Shown here: one piece after another, positions 21,366 through 33,286 of the stretch | How the letters are laid out: every line of letters starts with the position of its first letter | Numbering within the stretch: position 1 is the stretch's first letter | Made by a program: the position numbers and the translations under genes | DNA from: Alphaproteobacteria bacterium | GTDB lineage: Bacteria > Pseudomonadota > Alphaproteobacteria > UBA8317 | Assembly: GCA_038131935.1 (NCBI GenBank) | Contig: JAYPQH010000032.1 | Span: 160,001-224,000, forward strand | Reading direction: 5' to 3' | Length of the DNA: 64,000 nucleotides | Notes under the pieces: generated by a model | Told to the model about the DNA's origin: nothing | Database searches by the model: none | Seen by the model: only the letters and a program-made list of their open reading frames with translations

Positions 21366-23323
21366 ATGGACGCTCAATCTAACACCGAAAACAAGCAACA
21401 ACAGGCCCACTCTGGGATATCACAGCTTTTCATTATTATGTTGACCATTTCCGGCGTGTTATTGGCTGTTCATCAATTATTTAACCTACAAATGTTTAAT
21501 ATTGTCCTCATCGAAGGACGTTATCTATATCTTTTAGGGGCGATATTTTTATCCCTTACTTTTGTTTGCTTTCGTATCAACGGGGAAAAGACAGCTCCGG
21601 TTCCTTGGTATGACTGGACATTGGCAGCCATGGCAATTGCGGTCATGGGATATTTTGCAATCACGGCGGAAATAAGCCTTGATAGTGGGTGGGAATATGC
21701 AGCGCCTTTTAATGCTGTCGTGGCTTCAGTCTTAGGTTACTTCCTGATCCTAGAGGGCACACGTCGGGCTGGTGGTAATACAATTTTTTGCTTTGTACTT
21801 CTCTTCTCACTTTACCCCACTTTTGCTGATATGATGCCTGGCCCTATTGAAGGATTCCCTCTCCATTTTTGGACGTTGTTCCTTACCATCTTATCTCTTC
21901 TGAAAGTTCATTCGGCATCCCTATGCGTGCTTTTGGAAATCTTGTCATTGGCTTCATTCTCTTTGGAGCTTTGCTGCAAAAAACAGGAGGGGGCGCATTT
22001 TTCAATGACCTAGCACTCTCTTTAGTTGGTCGCTTCCGCGGTGGTGCTGCTAAGGTTGCAATTTTTGCCTCTGGTCTTATGGGATCAATGTCTGGCTCCG
22101 TCATCTCGAACGTTCTCACAACTGGAGCATTTTCTATACCAGCCATGCAGCGCACAGGTTTTACAAAGAGATTTGCAGCAGCAACAGAAGCTTGTGCCTC
22201 CACCGGTGGCGTTCTGATGCCACCTATCATGGGCGCCACGGCATTTATCATGGCATCATTTCTTGCGCGTCCCTATTACGAAATCGCACTTGCAGCTGCA
22301 TTGCCTTCTATTCTGTATTATTTTGGACTTTTTGTTCAAATCGATGCTTATGCTGCAAAACATGGACTCAAAGGTTTGCCAGCTGAAGATGTCCCCAAAA
22401 TGGGAAGGGTGTTGAAAGAAGGCTGGCTTTATCTAACTGTATTCGGGGTTTTAATATTCCTCATGATGGTCATGCGACAAGAGGCTCTTGCACCATTTTA
22501 TGCAGTTGTTTTGCTTCTTGTTATCAACCAAGTCATCAAAAAATATAGATTTACCCGAAAAAGCTTTGCACAACTTGTTGTCTCTGTTGGTGAGGGACTC
22601 TCAGAACTTACGGCCATTTTGCTTGGCGTTGGCCTTATTGTTGGAGCATTTTCAGTAACCGGCCTAGCAGGAACATTGGTGAATGACATTGTGTTTATCG
22701 CGGGTGACTCTGTCATGGCGTTATTGTTTATGGGTGCTTTAACAGCATTTATTTTTGGCATGGGTATGACGGTTACCGCTTGTTACATTTTTCTTGCAAT
22801 TGTTCTCGCACCAGCACTCGAGCTAGCAGGTCTGAACACGTTGGCTGTGCACTTGTTCATTCTTTATTGGGGCATGGTGAGTTACATCACCCCACCGGTT
22901 GCATTGGGCGCATTCGCAGCCGCAACCCTTGCGGGAGCCAAGCCATTGGCTACTGGTTTTGAAGCTATGCGTCTAGGAGGGACCATTTATATTGTTCCAT
23001 TTTTCTTTGTGTTAAACCCCGCTCTTGTAGCTGAAGCACCAGCTTTGGAAGTTCTGTTTGTTTTTGTAACGGCTGTTATTGGGGTCGCACTTTTAAGTAT
23101 GGCACTACAGGGCCATACTGGGATTTTTGGTGCATTAGGTAAAGGTGTTGTTTCCATCATCAATCGCACCACCTTGTTCATTGCTGGACTCTTTTTTGCA
23201 ATGCCGGCCAGTGAATTTATTGGTTTAGGCCATTGGGAACTCTCTGGAATTGGACTTGTTCTTTCAGCACCAGTCTTATTTCTATCTCTGAAACGGCGTA
23301 ACGCAATGTTGGCTCAAGAATGA
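21366..23323 (+). CDS. TRAP transporter fused 4TM/12TM permease (split near 21865)
   Basis: GGAAKVA, SGSVISNV, EACASTGG.LMPPIMGA, ITPPVALGAF. Confidence 0.88.
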
Positions 23324-24101
23324 ATGAAGCTGAAAGGATGGAAAAAGACCGTAAATTTGTGTACGCGCTGGCTCGTGGGCTTGATATTTTAAAGGCCTTT
23401 AGCCCCGATGAAGCTGAATTGAGTAATCTTGAGCTTTCAGAAAAGACAGGGTTACCAAAACCCACAGTATCACGTTTCACCTACACACTCACTGAGCTTG
23501 GTTATCTTGTTACAGCACCAAGAACTGGAAAGTTCAGGTTGGGCCCTCTGGTTCTATCATTAGGCTACACAATGCTCGCCTCGGTCGACTTGAGAGAGCG
23601 CGCGAAGCCATTTATGGATGACATTGCGCGTCGTGATCATGTTACTGTTGCCTTGGGAACACGAGATAAACTTAGCGCTGTATATATCGAGGTTTCCAAA
23701 GGTAGCCAAATCATCACAATTAGCAGAAATGTTGGCTCTAGGCTTCCCATACATAATACCGCGATGGGAAAGCCCTTATTGCTGCATTACCTGCAACAGA
23801 GTATCAATATCTCTTGAAAGCCCTCGCAGAAAAATTTCCAGAAGATATAAGAGCAATAGAAAAATCTTTGGAAATGGCTCGCGAAGACATTGAAAAATAC
23901 GGATTTTGCACATCCATTGGAGAATGGATTAAAGATGTGAATGCTGTAGCTTCACCACTATTTTCAGCAGACCGCAACGAGATTTACGCCATCAATGTAG
24001 GAGGACCTTCATTCATGATAAATCAAGAGCGACTATGCGAAGAATTGGGACCAAGATTGGTAGATGTTGTAAAAGCCCTCACGCCAAGCGCATTGACATA
24101 G
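23320..24101 (+). CDS. IclR family transcriptional regulator (split near 23770)
   Basis: ALARGLDIL, TGLPKPTVSRFTYTL HTH, GSRLPIHNTAMGK, GEW...VNAVA. Confidence 0.9.
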
Positions 24102-24119
24102 TCATAACAGTCAAAATTT

Positions 24120-24139
24120 GTGAGGGGCCTCCCCCTCAC
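24120..24139. terminator. Hairpin between convergent iclR and ggt-like genes
   Basis: GTGAGGGG-CCTC-CCCCTCAC 8-bp stem. Confidence 0.6.
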
Positions 24140-24147
24140 TATTAGAT

Positions 24148-25749
24148 TTAACCCAAAACCAAGGCCATGCCATCTTTGCGCGGATCAGACCCAGCCACAT
24201 AGCCGCCTCCAGGTAAGGTTTGGATAAGCTGAGCTCCACCGAATCCAAGCCCCTCTGACCATGGAATTATTTTGATATCATGACCTGCATCACGCAAAGA
24301 TTGAACGAGGCTTTGCGGGAATGCCTCCTCAACTTCTACCTGATTTCCCTCCATAAATCTCCATCGAGGCGCATCAATTGCTGTCTGAACATCCTGCCCA
24401 AGGATTTGTGTTCGCACCAACATTTGCAGATGTCCTTGTGCTTGCATAAAAGCACCCATCACACCTGTGGCCATTCTGAGTCCGTTTGCTCCTGTAATAA
24501 ACCCCGGAATAATCGTATGGAACGGCCTTTTCATGGGGGCAACTTCGTTTGGATGTCCTTTTTCCATGGTAAAATTCGCACCGCGATTTTGGAAATGTAT
24601 CCCCGTTCCAGGAACAGATACACCCGATCCCATTCCCATATAATTTGATTGAATAAAAGACACCATCATACCATCTTCGTCAGCAGCACAGAGATACACA
24701 GTACCACCGCCACCAGGCTTACCAGCCCCAAACACTTGAGCACGATTTGGATCAATCAAAGCTGCGCGTTCTGCTCCATACGAAGGATCAAGAAGCCGCG
24801 CTGGGTCGAACGCCATGTAATCAGGGTCTGCTACATGTGCAAGCAAATCAGAGAATGCTAACTTCATGGCCTCTATTTGAAGATGCGTTCCGCGCCAATC
24901 TTCACCGTCCCATTTGTCAAACGAGGTATGCTTTAGAATGTTTAGCGCGATGAGCGCAGCAATACCCTGTCCATTGGGCGGTATTTCATAAAGTGTGGTC
25001 TCACCAAAATCCATCTGCAATAGATCAACCCAATCTGCCTGATGCGCCTCTAGATCCGCAGCCGTCATACTCCCACCGGTTTCTTTCGCAAACGCAATGA
25101 TTTTGGCAGCCAATTCACCTGTGTAGAAATCCTCTCCTTGCGTCTTTGCGATGGCCCTGAAGCTGTCTGCCATACCGCGGTTTATAAAACGCTGTCCCAC
25201 ATTTGGTACATGTCCGTTGTCTGTGAACATTTCAATGAAACCTGGTTGATCACGGAGGATTTCATGATCACGAGACCATAGTTTTTGCACAACAGGTGTC
25301 ACAATGAACCCCCGCTCCGCTTGCGAAATAGCATCTTCAAACAATGACTCAAACGGTAGCTTTCCAAATTTTTGCCACAATGCTGACCATCCACGTACAA
25401 CACCTGGTACTGTGACCGCGTCCCAACCTCGCTTTGGAATACCACCTTTGGCATCAAAAAACTCCCTTGTCCACGCGGCGGGTGCTCGGCCAGAGGAATT
25501 CAAACCATGGACCTTCTCACCATCATGTACAATCGCAAAAGCATCCGAACCAAGACCACAGCCCGTAGGCTCAACCAGTGTTAACATAGCGGCCGTGGCT
25601 ATGGCCGCGTCAGCTGCAGACCCACCCTTTTCAAGGATACGCAATCCTGCCTGCGTTGCGAGGTATTGTGACGTTGCCACCGCTGCACGCCCAAATACGG
25701 GCGTTCGCCTTGTCATGGTCACTGGGTAATAAGGGTAGTTTATACTCAT
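24148..25749 (-). CDS. Cytoplasmic gamma-glutamyltransferase family Ntn hydrolase
   Basis: VEPTGCGLGSD, PPNGQG, GGTVYL autoproteolysis Thr, KRPFHTIIP, SDPRKDG; no signal peptide. Confidence 0.88.
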   Translation of the reverse strand: MSINYPYYPVTMTRRTPVFGRAAVATSQYLATQAGLRILEKGGSAADAAIATAAMLTLVEPTGCGLGSDAFAIVHDGEKVHGLNSSGRAPAAWTREFFDAKGGIPKRGWDAVTVPGVVRGWSALWQKFGKLPFESLFEDAISQAERGFIVTPVVQKLWSRDHEILRDQPGFIEMFTDNGHVPNVGQRFINRGMADSFRAIAKTQGEDFYTGELAAKIIAFAKETGGSMTAADLEAHQADWVDLLQMDFGETTLYEIPPNGQGIAALIALNILKHTSFDKWDGEDWRGTHLQIEAMKLAFSDLLAHVADPDYMAFDPARLLDPSYGAERAALIDPNRAQVFGAGKPGGGGTVYLCAADEDGMMVSFIQSNYMGMGSGVSVPGTGIHFQNRGANFTMEKGHPNEVAPMKRPFHTIIPGFITGANGLRMATGVMGAFMQAQGHLQMLVRTQILGQDVQTAIDAPRWRFMEGNQVEVEEAFPQSLVQSLRDAGHDIKIIPWSEGLGFGGAQLIQTLPGGGYVAGSDPRKDGMALVLG

Positions 25750-26458
25750 GTTCCGTGGCTCTCTCTTGTTGTTCGAATTTCAATATGCTTCACCATATTG
25801 GGTATTTCTACCAATCGGTCCACATAAATTCCTGGTAAATGAATATGGTCAGGATCAAGACTTCCAGCAGGAACAATTTTTTCGACCTCAGCAATACATA
25901 CACGACCACATGACGCAACATCTGGGTTAAAATTCCTTGATGTCTTTCGAAAAATAAGGTTCCCCGCGGTATCTGCAATTGATGCCCGAATAACAGAAAC
26001 ATCAACAGTTATCGCCTCTTCCAAAATATATTCACGGCCATCAAAAACTCTTGTTTCCTTACCTTCAGCGACCTTGGTACCTACCCCTGTGGGGGTATAA
26101 AATGCGGGAATTCCTGCACCGCCAGCACGCATTTTTTCAGCTAATGTTCCTTGTGGGGTAAAATCACAAGCAATCTCGCCCGCAAAATACTGCCGTACGA
26201 ACTCAGGATGATTACCGGGATAAGAGGCAATTGCTTTTTGATATGGCCTGCTTCAAGAATTAACCCTAAAGCTTTTCCAACAGCACCGGCATTGTTCGCC
26301 ACAACCGTAATATCTTTGGTGCCCTTCTCATGTATCGCAACGAGCAGATATTCTGGTGTGCCAACCAGACCAAATCCACCAACAGCCATACTCATTCCAT
26401 CAAAAACAACATCCTCTATCGCTGATGCCGGACTTTCATAAATTTTTGCCAAAACCAT
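25746..26458 (-). CDS. 3-oxoacid CoA-transferase subunit A (split near 26238)
   Basis: VGGFGLVGTPE, NNAG, PQGTLAE, RAGGAGIPAFYTPTG, HLPGIYVDR. Confidence 0.88.
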
Positions 26459-26500
26459 CTCCTTGTAATGATCAAAAATCGTAACTTCAAATGGATTACT

Positions 26501-27304
26501 TTAACTTCCAACCCGCAGAGGATTTGTCAAACCACGCAAGCAGGCAATAAGACTTAACGAAGTAATCTTGCCAGTCCCTGGGTTTTCTTCTGTAGGTATA
26601 TTTTCAATACTCATTTGCAACTTGGCAGAATCTGAATCAACAACGATATGGTGGGTGTTGCGCGTCAGAGCAGGATCAGCCCAAATCTCTAGCTTTGTGA
26701 GATCCGGCCCAATACCAGCCAATCCTAATGCTGCAGCCACATTCACGTTCGCTGGAAACGCCGCGGCTCCTTCTCGTGCGGTCCCTTTGAAAACGCACGT
26801 CGCCTCCTCCAGCATATCAACATCTATCCCTATTTCACGAAGGTAAGGGGCTTTGCGTAGAGACATTGGTGGCTTACGGGTAATCATCGTTACCTCATAA
26901 ATCTTTCCTTCTGCCGCCGCACGAACAGCATCAAAACCAAGCAACGCGCCGGTTGCCAGAATAATTTGCCCCGCTGATTCATGAGCCATGGCAACTATTT
27001 CAGGGTGTGCAAGAATACCAGCTCCACTCACAGTCACCAATTTCTTGCCATTCTCTAGGGTAGGAATTGCGATGGAGGGGAATGCAGCAGTGGGTGCACA
27101 ATCTACCACAACATCCGCATGATCAGCTATCTGGTTGTTATCAACGCATGGAACATCGAGACCATGCTTTAACAAAAACTCTTGTGCTTTCTCCTTCTGA
27201 CCTGAGCTCACAGCAACAAGTTCAAAGTCCTTGAGATGACCCTCGACAAAAGAAGACACAACTTTACGACCAATTGTACCAATACCTGCAATAGCGATTT
27301 TCAT
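26501..27304 (-). CDS. nadX: L-aspartate dehydrogenase family protein
   Basis: GIGTIG, TGALLGFD, TRKPP, FPANVNVAA, NTH, ENPGTG. Confidence 0.85.
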   Translation of the reverse strand: MKIAIAGIGTIGRKVVSSFVEGHLKDFELVAVSSGQKEKAQEFLLKHGLDVPCVDNNQIADHADVVVDCAPTAAFPSIAIPTLENGKKLVTVSGAGILAHPEIVAMAHESAGQIILATGALLGFDAVRAAAEGKIYEVTMITRKPPMSLRKAPYLREIGIDVDMLEEATCVFKGTAREGAAAFPANVNVAAALGLAGIGPDLTKLEIWADPALTRNTHHIVVDSDSAKLQMSIENIPTEENPGTGKITSLSLIACLRGLTNPLRVGS

Positions 27305-27495
27305 CCAAATACACTCCTCGTGACAACGCTTCCTGATCCACGGTCAAAATCGCGCTGACAGACAATAAAAGTAGGGCGGGTCGATGTGATCTGTTGACAT
27401 CATGCTTCGCATCATGAACGCTTCTTGCAGGCTTGACAACCAATTGCTTAAGTCTTTCGACTAATATAACGCGAAATCGAAGTTTGGGGAATCAA

Positions 27496-28475
27496 ATGAT
27501 GAAGAAACGAAATATTTTAGGTCTTGCTGCAGCTTTGTCTATGGGTGTGGCTGGTATATCCTACGCTGGGGGCCATAGTGCGGACATTCCATGTTCCACA
27601 GCGAAGTTAATCGTGCCTTGGGGTGCAGGTGGCGGAACGGATGTAATTTTCCGTCAAATTGTCGATGTTGCGAATAATCAAGGGATGAAACCGCAACTTC
27701 AGGTGGTTAATGTTGGAGGGCAAGGTGGTAACAAGGGTGCCAAGCAAGCCGTCGCAGCAAAACCTGATGGTTGCACCTTGTTCGCGATGCACCAAAGCGC
27801 CATCACAAGTTACCTAACAGGACGTGTGAATTTCACTTGGGATGGGTTTGAACCTATTGCATTGATGACAAATACTCCATCAATCTTTGGGGCTGCAGGA
27901 AATACATCATACAGCAATCTCAATGAGTTGATTGCAGAGATCAAGAAAAACCCAGGAACAGTAACTGCTGGTGCAACCTTGGGCTCTACGTCGCAAGTTG
28001 TTTTTCTTCTTACAGAGGACGCTACAGGCGGAAAATTCAAGTATGTGTCGTACGACGGAACCAAACAACGTATGACTGCTCTTCTGGCAGGCAACATTCA
28101 AGTTGGGGAAATCAATCTTGCAGCTGCAAAGAAATATATTGAAACAGGTAAACTCAAAGCGTTGGGCGTCATGTCAAACAAGCGTTTATCTGGGCTAGAC
28201 GATATCCCAACGGCTAAGGAGCAAGGGCTTGATGTTGTTTTTGGTGTGGAACGCGGTATCGTTGCGCCCAAGGGAACATCTGAGGCAATCGTTAAGCATT
28301 ATGCTGCAGCATTTCAAAAAGCCGCTTCTGACGAAAAGTTAATTGCAAGCATGCTCTCAAAGGGACATTCCTCGAATATGTAGGACCCTCAGAATATACT
28401 GCAAAGTTGGATGAAACCACCAAAAAGTGGACCACCATTTTCGATGGCATGGGTTTGCTAAAGGTGAAAAACTAA
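27496..28475 (+). CDS. tctC: Tripartite tricarboxylate transporter substrate-binding protein, TctC/Bug (split near 28365)
   Basis: IVPWGAGGGTD, PDGCTL, IPTAKEQG, APKGT; restoring one A extends the frame to TAA at 28475. Confidence 0.87.
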
Positions 28476-28528
28476 ACAAGACTATAAAAAATTACCTTGG
28501 AACAGAGGTGACATAAATTTTATGATAG

Positions 28529-28556
28529 ATCAGGGGCTTTTTAGCCCCTGATTTTT
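28529..28556 (+). terminator. Terminator-like hairpin after tctC
   Basis: ATCAGGGGCT-TTTT-AGCCCCTGAT followed by a T run. Confidence 0.7.
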
Positions 28557-28593
28557 CAGTTCTCTTTTTAACTTGACGTGGGATGCGTGATCC

Positions 28594-29097
28594 ATGAATC
28601 GTGATTTTTGGACAAGTTTGTTTTTGATATTTTTATCATTCGTACTGTATCGGGAAAGTACGTTCATTGAAGATGTTGATTATGGGAGTATGAAAGCTGA
28701 TGTCTGGCCAACCTTCTTGGTCATGCTGCTGGTTGTTTTATCAATATCTATGCTTGTGAAATCCCTAATGGAATACCGACAGGCAACGCAAAGCTCCACT
28801 CAAGACAATGAGAATGCTGAACAAACAGATTCCGTCACTGGTTGGACTTGGTTGATCAACCCAATGATAGTTTTTGTTCTATTCTTTCTATTCCTCATCA
28901 CCTTAGATTACCTTGGCATGCTCATCGGAGGTATCTTTTTTACGTTCATTACGATGACATTATTGGGGCAAATATCATGGCGGACTGTACCTATCTATTT
29001 TGTAATTTCAGTGATTAGCATCTCAGGGATGTGGGCAATTTTCACCTTTGGCTTACGCGTTATGTTGCCAGAGGGCGTACTTTTCACTGTTTGGTGA
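28594..29097 (+). CDS. tctB: Tripartite tricarboxylate transporter small permease
   Basis: Small multi-TM protein ending LRVMLPEG, between tctC and tctA. Confidence 0.82.
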   Translation: MNRDFWTSLFLIFLSFVLYRESTFIEDVDYGSMKADVWPTFLVMLLVVLSISMLVKSLMEYRQATQSSTQDNENAEQTDSVTGWTWLINPMIVFVLFFLFLITLDYLGMLIGGIFFTFITMTLLGQISWRTVPIYFVISVISISGMWAIFTFGLRVMLPEGVLFTVW

Positions 29098-29103
29098 GGA
29101 ATA

Positions 29104-30753
29104 ATGATGACTGATGCAATTATCTTGGCTGCACAAAGTATTTTTCTTGATCCCGTCACGTTAGGGCTGATTGCTTTAGGGACTTTTAGCGGACTGATAG
29201 CAGGATCGATTCCCGGTTTTACGATCGCAATGGGTGTTATCCTCGTACTTCCATTTACCTTTGGGCTAAGCCCAATCCAAGGCGTTGCCACCATGATTGG
29301 CGTTTTCGTAGGAGGGCTTTCCGGAGGTTTGTTGTCCGGCATGCTGATTGGAATTCCTGGCACACCTTCTTCAGTTGCCACGACGTTTGATGGTTTTCCA
29401 ATGGTCCGTTCAGGACGAGCAGGTTTTGCTCTTGCCTTGGGCCTATGGTCATCTTTTTTCGGAGGAATCATCTCTGCTATTTTGTTGGTGACCCTAGCCC
29501 CTCAGCTTGCTTTTCTTGGTTTGGAATTTGGGCCTTGGGACTATTTTATGCTCATCGTCTTCGCCCTCACTATTGCTGTAAGTTTATCAAGTCAAAATAT
29601 GCTCAAAGGCCTCACAGCAGGAATCTTGGGATTGATCGCCGCAACAGTTGGAGAAGATGAAATCAATGGTGTTGCACGGTTTTCTTTTGACACCGAGGCA
29701 CTCAGGCAAGGATTTGCTTTTTTACCGGTGCTGATTGGCCTGTTTGCCTTCTCTCAATTGCTGTCTGATGTAGAGGATAGAACCAAGGCAAAATCATCCA
29801 TGATGAATGCTGAAGGGGAATCTGTACGTATCGAGCATCTCCGCGCTATTCGAGAAATATTTTCTCGTTGGATTAATCTTGTTAGGTCTAGCCTGATAGG
29901 CGTGTTTGTTGGAATTCTACCAGCGGCTGGAGGTTCTATTTCCAATATTTTGGCCTATGATCAGGCACAGAAAGCATCAAAAGTCCCTGAACAATTTGGA
30001 AAAGGCGTATCAGACGGCGTTATAGCACCTGAAGCCGCCAACAATGCCACCGCGGGTGGGGCACTTATGATGATGATGGCCCTAGGTATCCCAGGTGATA
30101 TCGTGACCGCGGTCATGATCGGCGCTTTGATGATACATGACATTGTCCCGGGTCCAACCTTTATTCAAGACAAGCCTGTGTTGGCTTATGGTGTTTTTAT
30201 AGCTTTTTTCTTTGCTAACTTTGTTATGGTCTTCATGATGTCTGGGGCATTGCGTGTATTTTTGAAGGTAGCGAGGGTTCGGCTAAATATTCTTGTTGCT
30301 GTCATATTGGCTTATTGTGCCTTTGGTGTTTTTGCCTTGCACAATATTGGCTTTGACCTCTGGGTGCTCTTTGGGTTCGGCATCGTTGGTTATATCATGA
30401 AAAAGCTTGGTTTCCCTCTAGCCCCGATGATTTTGGGTGTTGTGTTGGGGAAACTCGCTGAGATCAATCTCTCAAGAGCCTTGGCGATTTCTGATGATAT
30501 CATGCTATTTGTTTCTCGCCCTTGGTCATTATTTTTCTTCCTGCTTGCCATCGTGTCGGTTATTTTTCCATTTTTCCAGCAAGCACGTGACGAAAGCCTT
30601 TTGAAACGATTTTTTGTACCCTTGAGCTTGGTTGTTCTTGCTTTACCATTATTCGTAATGGACTCTTATACACGTATGATTGTTGGTATCTTGATGATTG
30701 TTTTTGCCGCATGGCAGCTTCGCAAGAAATCTTTCGTCCCTCAAAATGGTTAA
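29104..30753 (+). CDS. tctA: Tripartite tricarboxylate transporter large permease
   Basis: IPGTPSSVATTFDGFPM, PEAANNA, LGIPGD, APMILGVVLG. Confidence 0.92.
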   Translation: MMTDAIILAAQSIFLDPVTLGLIALGTFSGLIAGSIPGFTIAMGVILVLPFTFGLSPIQGVATMIGVFVGGLSGGLLSGMLIGIPGTPSSVATTFDGFPMVRSGRAGFALALGLWSSFFGGIISAILLVTLAPQLAFLGLEFGPWDYFMLIVFALTIAVSLSSQNMLKGLTAGILGLIAATVGEDEINGVARFSFDTEALRQGFAFLPVLIGLFAFSQLLSDVEDRTKAKSSMMNAEGESVRIEHLRAIREIFSRWINLVRSSLIGVFVGILPAAGGSISNILAYDQAQKASKVPEQFGKGVSDGVIAPEAANNATAGGALMMMMALGIPGDIVTAVMIGALMIHDIVPGPTFIQDKPVLAYGVFIAFFFANFVMVFMMSGALRVFLKVARVRLNILVAVILAYCAFGVFALHNIGFDLWVLFGFGIVGYIMKKLGFPLAPMILGVVLGKLAEINLSRALAISDDIMLFVSRPWSLFFFLLAIVSVIFPFFQQARDESLLKRFFVPLSLVVLALPLFVMDSYTRMIVGILMIVFAAWQLRKKSFVPQNG

Positions 30754-30833
30754 GGATCAAACACCCTAAGCAAATGTCATGACGCCCTTTTTGCAAAAAA
30801 TGGTTCCTTAAATGAACGATAATGAGACATATT

Positions 30834-33286
30834 ATGAACAAAAACCTTGACTTTTTGGGTGCTGGTGACCCTGGAGCGCTGGATTTTCTGCTTCAACATC
30901 TCAATGGCAATACATCTCAAAAAGATTGGGATATATGGTTCGCACAATTCAGCTGGCTATATGCGGATATCAATCCACTCAAAAACCTAAACCGTTGCCA
31001 GAATTTGTTTCATCTGATCCCGATGCGAAGGGACATATAGAGCATTTTTGTGGTACAATTGGATGGGAAGTAGGCCATATTTTAAATGAAGAGAAACGCC
31101 ATTGGCTGCTTGACGCTGCCAAAACACAAAAGCAGTCATCTGTATTTACTGTAGCCGAAGCATTTGAACTTTTGTGTAAAGCAGAAGCATTTGAGGCGAT
31201 TACGAAAAAAAGGTTACCAACCATCAAGACCTTCTCTATGGAAGGAGGCGAAGGATTTCTCGTTGCCGTTGAATCGGTGATTAAGCATGCCCAAGAAATC
31301 AATATTGTTCTTGGGGGTATGCATCGCGGCAGAATGACCCAAAATGCATTATTATTTGGGGCCAGCCCAGAAGATATGATTGGCCAAATTCAAGGCAAAC
31401 CAGACCTGCCTTTTGACCTTGGAGCCTCCTCAGATGTGCCTTATCATTTGGGGGTTGCTGGCAAGCGCTCCGATGACAAGGTTATTTGGCTTTCCCCCCA
31501 CCCTTCGCATTTGTCCGTTGTTGCACCTGTTGCTATGGGTTATGCGCGCGGCCAAGAAGAACAATGCTTAAGCATTATGTTGCATACAGATGCTGCGTTT
31601 GCAGGCCAAGGAGTTAACATGGAGTTGCTCCAATTATCAGGCCTAGACGGTTATCACGTTGGTGGAAGTATCCATTTGATTTTAAATAATCAAATTGGCT
31701 TTACAACATTAGAAGAACAAGCTCGAACAGCAAGAAATAGCAGTGACATAGCTCGTATGCTCGACATACCTATATTACATGTTCATGGGGATGATATTGT
31801 AAGTCTCATAAAAGCCGGTTTTATTGCGGTAGAATACAGACGACAATTTGCCACGGATGTTGTCATTGAAGTACTGTGCACAAGGCGGCGCGGTCATAAC
31901 GAGATTGATGACCCAAGCTATACAGCGCCTATTATGCAACAGCAAATTGATGCACGCCCTCCCATCACAACCATCACCCAGCGAAAATATCAACTGACAC
32001 AACCCGACATTTCTGATTTTAACCAGCGGATTAATGATGCATTCAATTTGGATAATCTTTCAACAGATAACCAAATTCCAGATGCCCCTGGCCTGGTAAA
32101 TGATGTTGAAGCGGTATTATGCAAACCAGTTAAAACTGGCATCATGTTAGACAAACTCATTCAAATTGGGGAACAACTAACGACTTGGCCTCATGAATTC
32201 ACCATTCACCCACGGGTGGCTCAATTGCTCACCAAACGAGCTGAAGCGTTGCGTTCACATGGCAAAATAGATTGGGGGTTTGCCGAAACATTGGCTTTGG
32301 GTGGTTTGCTTGATGAAGGCTATTCCGTAAGGCTTTCCGGCCAAGATACTGTACGTGGTGCCTTTTCCCAGCGTCATTTGCATATCTATGATCAGAATGT
32401 CGGAACCTCTTTCGAACCTTTGTCCCAGCTTGGTGACGCAGAAATATTTAATTCACCTTTGATTGAGAATGCTGTGCTTGGGTTTGAATATGGTCTTAGT
32501 GTGTCGGCCCCTAACAAATTGGTCATTTGGGAGGCACAATTCGGTGATTTTCTGAATGTTTGCCAAGCCATGTTTGATCAATTTGTAACAGGCGGTGAAG
32601 ATCGTTGGTTGCAACAATCTCGGCTTGTTATGCTTCTTCCTTATGGTTTTGACGGAGGTGGCCCAGACCATTCAACCGGGCATATTGAAAGGGTGTTATC
32701 AAGAGCAGCGCGAGGTAATGTTCGTGTTGCCAATCCAACCACACCAGCCAATTATTTTCACCTTCTTCGTCGTCAAATGCATGACCATCTGGCCAAACCA
32801 TTGGTTGTTTTTTCCCCTAAGCTTCTCCTAAGACATCCTCTGTGCCTCTCAGATGTTGATCACTTCACCAAAGGTCATTTTGAAACTTTCAAGACTTGGA
32901 ATATTGAAAATGCACAACAGATTGCATTTTGTCATGGTAAAATGGCCGTTCGCATGCTTGAGGAGTGCAACAAGCGTGATTGTCATGATTGGGGTATCGT
33001 TTCACTCGAACAACTTTATCCCTTGGACAGAAATAATTTATTGAAATTAAAAGAGCTTCTTTCAACTAAGAAATTATTCTTTGTTGAAGAAGAACCCGCC
33101 AACCTAGGGGCTTTTACATATCTCGATAGAAAGTTGGAATCTATATTCCAACAAACCTTTCATCGTATTGGTCGGCCCGAAGCTGCATCACCCGCTGTTG
33201 GGTGGAAAAGTTGGCATGACAAAGAAGAAAACTTACTTTGGACACAAATATTTGGGAACAATAATCATGACAAAATTGCCAGATGA
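30834..33286 (+). CDS. Atypical, shortened 2-oxoglutarate dehydrogenase E1-like ThDP enzyme (split near 30985)
   Basis: FSMEG, HRGR, PSHL, DAAFAGQG, NNQIGFTT, GHNE, RLSGQD, WEAQFGDF, YFHLLRRQ; ~820 aa. Confidence 0.85.
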
